64,000 nucleotides of DNA from contig BTVJ01000004.1 of assembly GCA_045863395.1 (NCBI GenBank), positions 128,001 to 192,000 of the forward strand. The letters run 5' to 3'. Below are positions 19,304 to 27,920 of the stretch, piece by piece. The stretch is from Myxococcales bacterium. Lineage in GTDB: Bacteria > Myxococcota_A > UBA9042 > JABWCM01 > BTVJ01. Made by a program: the position numbers and the translations under genes. Each line of letters opens with the position of its first letter. The first letter of the stretch is position 1. A model generated the notes under the pieces. The model was given only the letters and a program-made list of their open reading frames with translations. It searched no databases and was not told the DNA's origin.

Positions 19304-21283
19304 CTACTGGCAGGCGTCCCCGACCCCGTCCTTGTTGACGTCCTTCTGCGACGGATTGTGGATGAGCGGGCAGTTGTCGATGACGTCCGGCACACCGTCC
19401 TCGTCGTTGTCGTTGGCGCAGGCGTCCCCCACGCCGTCGAAGTTCGTGTCCTTCTGGTCCGGGTTGGGGATGAACGGGCAGTTGTCCTTGCCATTCGGGG
19501 CCCCGTCGCCGTCGTAGTCGTTCTCGCAGGCATCTCCGTGGCCGTCGCCATCGGTGTCGGTCTGGTCCGGGTCGGGCACGAGGGGGCACAGGTCCACGCC
19601 ATTTCCCACCCCGTCGCCGTCGAAGTCTCCCTCGCAGGCGTCTCCCTGGCCATTCTGGTTGGAGTCCTTCTGCGTCGGGTTCGCGACGATGAAGCAGTTG
19701 TCGCAGAAGTCTCCCCACCCGTCGCCATCCACGTCGTGCTGAGACGGGTTCGAGTTGTACGGACAGTTGTCCAGAGAGTCCACGACCCCGTCTCCGTCCC
19801 AGTCGGAGCAGACGTCTCCGGTGCCGTCCAGGTTGAAGTCCGCCTGGTTCGGGTTGTGGACCCCCGGGCAGTTGTCGACCACGTCCGGCACTCCATCTCC
19901 GTCGTAGTCCGACTCGCAAGCGTCTCCGACCTTGTTGCCGTTCTTGTCTGCCTGATCCGGGTTGTAGAGCCAGTAGCAGTTGTCGATCTTGTCCGGGACG
20001 CCGTCTCCGTCGATGTCGTTCTCGCACGCATCCCCATCCCCGTCGCCGTCCGTGTCTTTCTGGTCCGGGTTGTGCACGAGCAGGCAGTTGTCGAGGAAGT
20101 TCGGGACCCCGTCCCCGTCGAAGTCTCCCTGGCAGGCGTCTCCCTGGCCGTCCTTGTTGCTGTCCTTCTGGTTCGGGTTCGCGACGAGCAGGCAGTTGTC
20201 GCACAGGTCTCCGTGGCCGTCTCCGTCCTTGTCCGCCTGCGACGGGTTGTTATAGGCCGGGCAGTTGTCCACCGCGTCCTTCACCCCGTCGCCGTCCCAG
20301 TCCGAGCAGGCGTCGCCCACGCCGTCCTTGTTCCAGTCTGCCTGCGCGGGATCGTAGACGGAGGGGCACGTGTCGATCTGGTCCGGGACCCCGTCCTGGT
20401 CCGAGTCCACGTCGCAGGAGTCTCCAAGGCCGTCTCCGTCCGTGTCTGCCTGATCCGGGTTCGGGATTCCCGGGCAGTTGTCGACTGGGTTCGGGACGCC
20501 GTCGCCGTCGAAGTCGTTCTCGCAGGCGTCTCCCTGGCCGTCTCCGTCGGAGTCTGTCTGGTCCGGGTTGGCCACGGCCGGGCAGTTGTCCTCGCCGTCC
20601 TCCACGCCGTCGCCGTCCACGTCCTCCTCACAGGCGTCGCCCCGCCCGTCGCCGTCGCCGTCCGTCTGATCCGCGTTCGCCACCAGGTGGCAGTTGTCGC
20701 AGAAGTCGCCGATCCCGTCGCCGTCCACGTCGCTCTGCCCGGGATTGTGGAGCTGCGGGCAGTTGTCGTCCGCATCCGGCACGCCGTCGCCGTCCTGATC
20801 GCCCGGCGCCGCATCGTAGACCGAGGTGGTGTCGGGCTGTCCCGCATCGGGAGAGGCGTCGCCTCCAGCGTCCGGGGACCCTCCGTCCGGCCCGTCACCA
20901 CCGCCGTCTCCCCCGACATCGCTGGCGCCGCCGGCGTCGCCACCACCGGCATCGCCGGGCCCCCCTCCGTCGCCGGCGCTGGCCGCGCCGTCCCCTCCCG
21001 GCGCATCGCCCGCCGGACCCACCGCGTCGCCTTCCTCGCCCCGCGTCCCCGCGTCCAGCGGGTCGAGGCCGAGCGGGACGCACTCCTTCAGGGCAGGGTC
21101 ACACCAGGTGCCACCGGGGCAGTCGAGGTGGTCCTGGCACGGGCCCCCGGCCGCGGTGACGCACTCCCCGTGGTAGCACACCTGCCCGCCCTCGCACTCG
21201 TCGTGGCTCGCACAGGCAGGCGCCGTGCCGTCGTCCGCACAGCCTACGAGGGCGACTGCGATCAAGAGGAGAGTGCGCATCAT
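19304..21283 (-). CDS. Thrombospondin type-3 (Ca-binding) repeat lipoprotein
   Basis: Lipobox LVGC; two short Cys-rich modules; Gly/Asp linker; ~450 aa of DxDGDGxxDxxDNCPxxxNPxQ repeats. Confidence 0.9.
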   Translation of the reverse strand: MMRTLLLIAVALVGCADDGTAPACASHDECEGGQVCYHGECVTAAGGPCQDHLDCPGGTWCDPALKECVPLGLDPLDAGTRGEEGDAVGPAGDAPGGDGAASAGDGGGPGDAGGGDAGGASDVGGDGGGDGPDGGSPDAGGDASPDAGQPDTTSVYDAAPGDQDGDGVPDADDNCPQLHNPGQSDVDGDGIGDFCDNCHLVANADQTDGDGDGRGDACEEDVDGDGVEDGEDNCPAVANPDQTDSDGDGQGDACENDFDGDGVPNPVDNCPGIPNPDQADTDGDGLGDSCDVDSDQDGVPDQIDTCPSVYDPAQADWNKDGVGDACSDWDGDGVKDAVDNCPAYNNPSQADKDGDGHGDLCDNCLLVANPNQKDSNKDGQGDACQGDFDGDGVPNFLDNCLLVHNPDQKDTDGDGDGDACENDIDGDGVPDKIDNCYWLYNPDQADKNGNKVGDACESDYDGDGVPDVVDNCPGVHNPNQADFNLDGTGDVCSDWDGDGVVDSLDNCPYNSNPSQHDVDGDGWGDFCDNCFIVANPTQKDSNQNGQGDACEGDFDGDGVGNGVDLCPLVPDPDQTDTDGDGHGDACENDYDGDGAPNGKDNCPFIPNPDQKDTNFDGVGDACANDNDEDGVPDVIDNCPLIHNPSQKDVNKDGVGDACQ

Positions 21284-21570
21284 GGGAGACCTCCGGGCGC
21301 CTCCACGGGCGCGCGGCCAGTCTAGCGCCAAGACACGCCGGAGGTCGAGCACGGGTCGCAGCGCCGACTGATCGATTTCTTGACCCACAAGTCAGCATAT
21401 CGTAGAAGCCCGGTCGGTGGAGGGAGCGCCCCGGGTCTTGGCGGAACCAGCAGTCGTCACATCCGGAGCCTCCAGTCGGGCGCCTCGTCAGGTGCTCCAC
21501 TCTCCGGTCGGGTCGCGGAGCGGCCGGCGGAGACGTCACGGCCCGCTCCGCAGCGCGAAGGGAGACAGTC

Positions 21571-23580
21571 ATGCGACAGATGTGGAGATGGACGCTGGTC
21601 CTCGCCCTCACCGGGGCACCGCTCGTGGGGTGCGACTCGGAGAGCGGAGCCGGGGACGCCGCGGGCGGGCAGCAAGGCTCGGATACGCAGACCCAGGGCG
21701 GGGACACGGGCGGAACGGGCAACGACGACACCGGCGGAGCGAGCGACGGCCCCTTCTCGGTGACGGGCTTCAACGCCGCCGCCGTCACGTCCGGCGGCAC
21801 CTACACGCAGATCAATCTGGACGGAATCCCGCCGTACAGCATGGCGAACGCCGACTTCACGGTCACCAACGTCTCAGACGCTCCCGTCACCATCCAGGAC
21901 GTGGCCCTGACCCCCGTGGCCCCCACCGAGTCCATCGAGTGGACGGTCAACGAGCCGGGGTCGGTGAGCCTGAAGCCCATGCCCGTCACCGACCGCACCC
22001 TGGCCGCGGGCGAGGCGCTGTCCTTCGGGCTCTACTTCATGCCGCTGGCCTCGGGGCCCCGCAACGTGCAGGTGACCATCAACTACGGCGCGGGCCAGGC
22101 CTTCACGTGGACCGTCGAGGCCCGCGGGCGTGACAACGCCACGCTGAGCCCGGTGGTGTCGAGCGGCCTGGAGCGCCTCTTCGGGCGGTCCAACGTCGAG
22201 AAGTCCAACAGCGTGCAGCCCGGCGGGCTCGCCGCGGACCCCGCCGGCAACGTGTACTTCAACGTCAACGCCAACCAGTGGGACGACAAGTTCAACCTGA
22301 ACCTCGTCCTGGCCCGCGTGAGCGCCAACGGCACCCTGGACTGGGTCCGCGAGCTGCAAGAGGACTACATCCAGGAGTGCCGCGACATCGGCGACAACGG
22401 CGAGGTGGGCGGCGGCCAGAGCTCCATCGGGGTCTCCGACGGCGACGTGTTCCTCGCGGCGCAGCGCGCCCTGTCGGCCACGGCCGCCTTCCAGGCGCTC
22501 GCCATGCGGGTCGACGGCGCGACGGGCGCCCTGGAGTGGGCGACGGCCCTGACCACCAGCGCGGACCCGAGCCCGCCGACCGCCGCCAAGGTCCTGCGGG
22601 GCCAGTCCATCGACGCGTCCCTGCCGGACCGGGTCCTCGTCGCGGGCCAGGTCGCCGACAGCGCGGGCGCCTTCCTCGCGGCGCTCGACAAGACCGACGG
22701 CTCCATCCTCTGGGCGCGCACCTTCACGGTGGGCGGCGTGCACCGGATCATGTCCCTGTCCGTGGACGGCGGCTCTGCGTACCTGGGCGGCATCGCGAGC
22801 AACGCGCCGCTCCTCGCCCGCATCGACGGGGTGGGCGGCGACGCGCCGACCCTCGCCTGGGCCCGGAGCTACGGGCCGAGCTTCGCCAACGTGCACGCGC
22901 TCACCCCACACGGCGACGGCCTGCTGGTCGCCATCGACGTCCGGGGCGCGCAGACCATGTTCCTGGGCGCGCGGGTCGCCAAGGCGGACGGCGCGGTGGT
23001 CTGGTCCAAGGTGTGGGACCCGAACAACGCCGGCGACAACAACAACACCCTGACGGTGGCCGTCCACGGCGGGCGCGCGGTCTTCGCGGGCCGAATCGCC
23101 TTCACCCCCTTCGACACCCAGGGCGGCGAGGGCTTCCTGCTGGCCCTCGACCCCATGACCGGCGCCTATGGCTGGGGCACCTTCCACTACGGCGGCAAGG
23201 GCGCCGAGGAGATGGTCTTCGACCACATCACCGGCCTGGTCTCTACGAGCCAGGGGCTGTGGGCGCTGCACCAGCAGACCCCCGGCAGCAAGAACCAGCA
23301 CCACTTCTGGGGCCGCTGGTATCAGGCCAACGACGACACGCTGGAGCTCCCCGGGGGCGACGGCAGCGGGCGCCTGGCCGACGGCAACCTGAGCGCCAAG
23401 GCGTCCGCGGCGGCGGACCTCACCGACCTCGTGGACATCACCGCCCACGCCGTGGAGAACGCCGATCAGGTGTGGTCGGACCAGACCACCACGGTGGATC
23501 TGCTGGAGCCCGTGCAGGCGGAGCGGGACGGCTACCAGACGGGCACGCACGCCCTGCTCCAGCGCCTGGTGATCAAGTAG
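21571..23580 (+). CDS. Lipoprotein with Ig-like domain and probable beta-propeller
   Basis: Lipobox LVGC; Ig-like segment (FTVTNVSDAPVTI...LAAGE...FMPLASGPR); repeated 'D..G.L.W' blade motifs. Confidence 0.7.
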   Translation: MRQMWRWTLVLALTGAPLVGCDSESGAGDAAGGQQGSDTQTQGGDTGGTGNDDTGGASDGPFSVTGFNAAAVTSGGTYTQINLDGIPPYSMANADFTVTNVSDAPVTIQDVALTPVAPTESIEWTVNEPGSVSLKPMPVTDRTLAAGEALSFGLYFMPLASGPRNVQVTINYGAGQAFTWTVEARGRDNATLSPVVSSGLERLFGRSNVEKSNSVQPGGLAADPAGNVYFNVNANQWDDKFNLNLVLARVSANGTLDWVRELQEDYIQECRDIGDNGEVGGGQSSIGVSDGDVFLAAQRALSATAAFQALAMRVDGATGALEWATALTTSADPSPPTAAKVLRGQSIDASLPDRVLVAGQVADSAGAFLAALDKTDGSILWARTFTVGGVHRIMSLSVDGGSAYLGGIASNAPLLARIDGVGGDAPTLAWARSYGPSFANVHALTPHGDGLLVAIDVRGAQTMFLGARVAKADGAVVWSKVWDPNNAGDNNNTLTVAVHGGRAVFAGRIAFTPFDTQGGEGFLLALDPMTGAYGWGTFHYGGKGAEEMVFDHITGLVSTSQGLWALHQQTPGSKNQHHFWGRWYQANDDTLELPGGDGSGRLADGNLSAKASAAADLTDLVDITAHAVENADQVWSDQTTTVDLLEPVQAERDGYQTGTHALLQRLVIK

Positions 23581-23630
23581 AGCGCCCTCGCTGCCTTGAT
23601 CCACGCCCCTCCTGCGCGTAGAACGCGCCC

Positions 23631-24497
23631 ATGGACCTGAGCCCCACCCCGCTGCCCGCCCTGCGCCACCTGGTCGACGAGACCGAGGCGTTCCTCATTG
23701 ACTGCGACGGCGTCCTCTGGAACGCCGGGAGCCTGATCCCCGGAGCGGCCGAGGCCCTGCTCGCCTTGCGCCTGCGGGGCAAGCGCCTCTTCTACGTGAC
23801 CAACAACAGCAGCAAGTCGCGCCAGACCATGGTGGAGCGCCTCGCCGCCATGGGGGTGCCGGCGCGCCAGGACGAGATCTACACGTCGGCGTGGCTCGCC
23901 GCGCGCATCGCTGCCCAGCGGGGCGTCCGCAAGGCCTACGTCATGGGCGGCGAGGGCATCGTCGTGGAGCTCGCTGCCCGCGGCATCGCCAGCGCGGGGG
24001 GCCCTGACGAGCCCATGGAGGCCGTGACCCAGGCGGACTTCGCGGCGCTCCCCGTGGACCCGGACATCGGCGCGGTCATCGTGGGCTGGGACGTGCGGCT
24101 GTCGTACGGCAAGCTGTGCCGCGCAGCGCTCCACCTGCAGGTGGTCCCGGGGTGCCTGTTCATCGCGACCAACCGGGACGCCGCAATCCTGTCCGGGGGG
24201 CGCCTGATGCCCGGCGGCGGCTCCATGGTCGCCGCGGTGGAGGCGGCGACGGGGATCCGGCCCCTCCTCGCGGGGAAGCCAGGCACCGAGGTCGTCGACT
24301 GCGTGGTCGCCGACCACGGCCTGGACCGCGGGCGCCTGTGCATGATCGGTGACCGCATGGACACGGACATGGCGCTGGCAGCCGCCGCGGGGATCGCCTC
24401 GCTGCTCGTCCTCACGGGGATCACCAGCGTCGCCGACACGCCCCCGCCTGGGGTCGCCCCGACGGCGGTCGCGCCGAGCATCGCGGCGCTGGCCTGA
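23631..24497 (+). CDS. HAD-IIA hydrolase, phosphoglycolate/4-nitrophenyl phosphatase-like
   Basis: Motifs DCDGVLW, TNNSSKSR, FIATNRD, GKP, MIGDRMDTD. Confidence 0.92.
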   Translation: MDLSPTPLPALRHLVDETEAFLIDCDGVLWNAGSLIPGAAEALLALRLRGKRLFYVTNNSSKSRQTMVERLAAMGVPARQDEIYTSAWLAARIAAQRGVRKAYVMGGEGIVVELAARGIASAGGPDEPMEAVTQADFAALPVDPDIGAVIVGWDVRLSYGKLCRAALHLQVVPGCLFIATNRDAAILSGGRLMPGGGSMVAAVEAATGIRPLLAGKPGTEVVDCVVADHGLDRGRLCMIGDRMDTDMALAAAAGIASLLVLTGITSVADTPPPGVAPTAVAPSIAALA

Positions 24498-25082
24498 TCA
24501 CTCGGTCTCGTTGTCCACGAAGAAGGCCGCCGAGCCGTACATGGCGCACTCGGCGTTGTTGGCCTGCGGGTCCCCGAAGCCCAGGCGCTGGAAGGTGGAC
24601 TGGTTGCCGTCGCAGTCCAGGTCCCCGTAGGCTGACGCCGTGAAGGTCGCCGCGCTGAGGGTCCCGTCACTGTCGAAGGCGTAGACGAAGTAGTGCTCGT
24701 CGTTCATCTGGAAGGACAGCCCCGACCAGGTCGGCACGTCGGTCCAGACATACGGGTCCGCGTCGCACCGGTCGTCGTTGTTGGCGTCCGGCCCCCCGAA
24801 CACCTTGCAGCAGGTCGCGTTGATGGGCGTGACGCCCTGCGGGGCCGGGAACTGGCATGGCGCCTTCTCGCCCGTGTTGTGCAGGTGGGCCGCAGTGTAG
24901 TAGTGGGCCGCACCCTTGTAGATCTTGTCCAGCTCGTCGATGGCCTCGGCGGTCTTGGCCCTCCGCATGTACTTGATGAAGGCGGGGACGGCCACCACCG
25001 CCAGGATCGCCAGGATGGCGACCACGATCATCAGCTCGATCAGCGTGAATCCCCTCTGCTCCCGACGCGCCCGCAACCACAT
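24498..25082 (-). CDS. Type IV pilin-like protein
   Basis: Prepilin site RG|FTLIELMIVVAILAILAVVAVPAF; KTAEA helix; C-terminal GDLDCDG. Confidence 0.92.
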   Translation of the reverse strand: MWLRARREQRGFTLIELMIVVAILAILAVVAVPAFIKYMRRAKTAEAIDELDKIYKGAAHYYTAAHLHNTGEKAPCQFPAPQGVTPINATCCKVFGGPDANNDDRCDADPYVWTDVPTWSGLSFQMNDEHYFVYAFDSDGTLSAATFTASAYGDLDCDGNQSTFQRLGFGDPQANNAECAMYGSAAFFVDNETE

Positions 25083-25117
25083 GAGACTCCCTCCGCGTGA
25101 AGACGCCAGGGCGCCGG

Positions 25118-25133
25118 TGCATGTTTCGGGCCA
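25118..25133 (-). promoter_or_regulatory. Putative sigma54 promoter of the pilin gene
   Basis: Minus strand TGGCCCGAAACATGCA (GG-N10-GC), ~35 nt upstream of the ATG. Confidence 0.65.
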
Positions 25134-25343
25134 CGGGGAGACGACCACGCCGCTGCGAGGCGCAGCGCCGCCTGGGCCCCGCGGCCTCGCGGTCAGCTTC
25201 GCTTCCTGGTGTCCCTGGGTGACGCTCTGCGTCACTTCCTCCGCAAGGATTGCGTATCCGCCGCCTCCCCAGGGTCATTGACCGGCCGGCTCGGGCGGGC
25301 GCACAATGCGCGCCGGTGAGGTCCATCGAGGAGGTCTGCCACC

Positions 25344-27824
25344 ATGTGCTCACGACTCGTGCGCTCCCTGCTGCCGTTCATCGCGCTGCTCGCCCTGACG
25401 GCGACGGCCACTGCCAAGCCCGACCTGGTGGTCACGGGCATCGTGCTCGACCCGGCGTCCCCGAAGTACGGTGACGGCAAGCTCACGGCGACCATCAAGA
25501 ACCAGGGCCCGGACGGCACCGGCCTCTTCGTGAACATCAACATCATCATGTACTTGGACGGCAAGCAGTGTGACACCGGGCTGATCGTCGGGGGCCTCGG
25601 CGCGGGCAAGACGGCCAACGAGGACTCCACGAGCTGCAACCCGACGACCCCGGGGCCGCACAAGATCACGTTCGTCGTCGACACGGACAAGGACGTGGAC
25701 GAGTCCAACGAGTCCAACAACAGCCTGGACAAGACCTTCACGTGGAGCGGTCCCGATCTGGTGATCACCGGCATCACCCTGGACCCGGCCTCCCCCAAGT
25801 TCGGTGAGGGCAAGCTCCAGGCGACCATCAAGAACCAGGGGCCCTACGGGACGGACACGTTCCTGAATATCGACGTCGACATGTACCTCGACGGCAAGAA
25901 GTGCGACACGGGGCTGGTCATCGCCGGCCTGGGCGCCGGAAAGACCGCCACCGAGGACTCCACGAGCTGCAACCCCGCGACGCCGGGTCCCCACACGGTC
26001 AAGTTCGTGGTGGACAGCACCGGGGAGGTTCCAGAGACCGACGAGACGAACAACACGTTCGAGAAGACCTTCACCTGGACCGCGCCGGATCTGGTCGTGA
26101 CGGACATCGTGGTCGACAACCTCAAGCCCAAGCCGGGCCAGAACGTCAAGTGGACGGCGACCTTCAAGAACCAGGGCACGGTGGGCACGGGCCAGGTGGT
26201 GCTCAACCTGACCTACCACCTGGACGGCGCCGCGGAGCCCTGCGACGACGGGTGGCTGATGTTCGGCCTCGGGGCCGGCTCGACGGCGACGGACGACTCT
26301 ACGAAGTGCACCCCGAAGACCCCCGGCGTCCACACCATGACGGTGAAGATCGACACCGACAAGGACGTGGTCGAGACCGACGAGGGCAACAACGAGCTGA
26401 CCAAGAGCTTCGACTTCGCCATCTGCGGCGACTTCGAGCTGTGCAACGGCATCGACGACAACTGCGACGGGCAGACCGACGAGGGCTTCGGCACGATGGG
26501 CGATGCGTGTGACGGCGACGACCTGGACAAGTGCAAGGACGGCGTCCTGTCCTGCGCGGCCGACGGGAAGTCCACGGTCTGCTCGGACGACCTCGAGAGC
26601 AACTCGGAGCTGTGCAACGACAAGGACGACGACTGCGACGGGCAGACCGACGAGGGCTTCCCGGGCCTGGGCGAGACGTGCGAGGTGACCGGGTGCGCCA
26701 CGCCGGGCATCCGCAAGTGCAAGCCCGACGGGTCCGGGGTCTTCTGCGAGAAGGGCACGTCGCTGCCCGAGAGCTGCAACGGCAAGGACGACGACTGCGA
26801 CGGCCAGACCGACGAGGGATACTCCATCGTCGGGACGCCTTGCGCCGTGGGTGTGGGCGCCTGCCGCCGTACCGGCGTCCACATCTGCGCGGGCGGAGGC
26901 GTCGAGTGCGACGCCACGCCGGGAGCACCGGCCGCCGAGGAGGCATGCGGCGACGGCCTCGACGACGACTGCGACGGCCTGGCCGACGAGGGCTGCTCAT
27001 GCGAGCCCGGCACGTTCATCCCCTGCGGGTCCGACGTGGGCACGTGCAAGTCCGGGAGCCTGCCGTGCACCGCGTCGGGGACCTACTCCAAGGCGTGCCT
27101 GAACGCCGTCGGGCCCAAGAGCGAGAGCTGCAACGGGCTCGATGACGACTGCAACGGGAGCATCGACGAGGAGTGCCCGTGCAGCGAGGGCGAGACGCAG
27201 GCGTGCGATCAGGGGGCGGGCGCGTGCGCCAGCGGGACCCAGCGGTGCATCGACGGTGCGTGGGGCCCCTGCGAGCTGCCCTCGCTGGCCATGGACACCA
27301 CGTGTGACGGGGTGGACGACGACTGCGACGGAGTGACGGACCCGCTGTGCGGCTGCATCCCGGGCGACGGGGTGGCCTGCGACGTTGCGCCCGACGACTG
27401 CGCCGACTACGAGCGCACCTGCGGTAACGACGGCGCGTGGGGGCCCTGCGAGGCCATCCCGGGCACCGAGGTCTTCGGGTGCAACCCGGTCGGTGGCGGC
27501 GGTGGCGGTGGCGGTGGCGGTGGCGGTGGCGGCGGCGGCGGTGGCGGTGGCGGTGGCGGCGGTGGCGGCGGTGGCTGGGCGGACGCCGGCCCGGTCGGAT
27601 CGGACGCTGGGCAGGACCCGGGCGGCCCGGGAGGCGACGACGACGCCTACCTCGGCAGCGGCGGAGGCGGCTTCGTCCCGCCGGACGCGGTGGAAGGCAC
27701 GAGCGGAGCCGCGGGGACTGCGGGGGACGGCGGCTGCAGCCACCGGGGCGGCCCGGGCGCTCCGACCCTGCTCGCGCTGGCGCTGATCGCCCTCGCACTC
27801 ACGGCCCGACGTCGAAGCGCCTGA
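25344..27824 (+). CDS. Surface protein: 3x CARDB-like domains + Cys/Asp metal-binding repeats + MYXO-CTERM
   Basis: Signal peptide; three 'PDLVVT...ATIKNQG...VD....V.E..E.NN' domains; ExCNGxDDxCDGxxDE repeats; tail GGCS...LLALALIALALTARRR. Confidence 0.88.
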   Translation: MCSRLVRSLLPFIALLALTATATAKPDLVVTGIVLDPASPKYGDGKLTATIKNQGPDGTGLFVNINIIMYLDGKQCDTGLIVGGLGAGKTANEDSTSCNPTTPGPHKITFVVDTDKDVDESNESNNSLDKTFTWSGPDLVITGITLDPASPKFGEGKLQATIKNQGPYGTDTFLNIDVDMYLDGKKCDTGLVIAGLGAGKTATEDSTSCNPATPGPHTVKFVVDSTGEVPETDETNNTFEKTFTWTAPDLVVTDIVVDNLKPKPGQNVKWTATFKNQGTVGTGQVVLNLTYHLDGAAEPCDDGWLMFGLGAGSTATDDSTKCTPKTPGVHTMTVKIDTDKDVVETDEGNNELTKSFDFAICGDFELCNGIDDNCDGQTDEGFGTMGDACDGDDLDKCKDGVLSCAADGKSTVCSDDLESNSELCNDKDDDCDGQTDEGFPGLGETCEVTGCATPGIRKCKPDGSGVFCEKGTSLPESCNGKDDDCDGQTDEGYSIVGTPCAVGVGACRRTGVHICAGGGVECDATPGAPAAEEACGDGLDDDCDGLADEGCSCEPGTFIPCGSDVGTCKSGSLPCTASGTYSKACLNAVGPKSESCNGLDDDCNGSIDEECPCSEGETQACDQGAGACASGTQRCIDGAWGPCELPSLAMDTTCDGVDDDCDGVTDPLCGCIPGDGVACDVAPDDCADYERTCGNDGAWGPCEAIPGTEVFGCNPVGGGGGGGGGGGGGGGGGGGGGGGGGGGGWADAGPVGSDAGQDPGGPGGDDDAYLGSGGGGFVPPDAVEGTSGAAGTAGDGGCSHRGGPGAPTLLALALIALALTARRRSA
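27492..27575 (+). repeat. GGY trinucleotide tract encoding 28 consecutive Gly
   Basis: 84 nt of GGT/GGC codons read directly. Confidence 0.95.
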
Positions 27825-27920
27825 CCGCCCAACGACTTCGGCACTTTTGTGTTGCCACGGACCCTCCCCCTCCCTACCATCGCTCCCGACTCGACACCAA
27901 CCCGCCAGGAGGGACCTGTC

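Noticed and set aside
19304..20800. Periodic DNA repeats as a possible CRISPR array
   Set aside because: Degenerate in-frame protein repeats with synonymous variation; no spacers or cas genes.
27839..27856. GGCAC...TTGC upstream of 27921 as a sigma54 promoter
   Set aside because: GG-to-GC spacing is 12, not the required 10.
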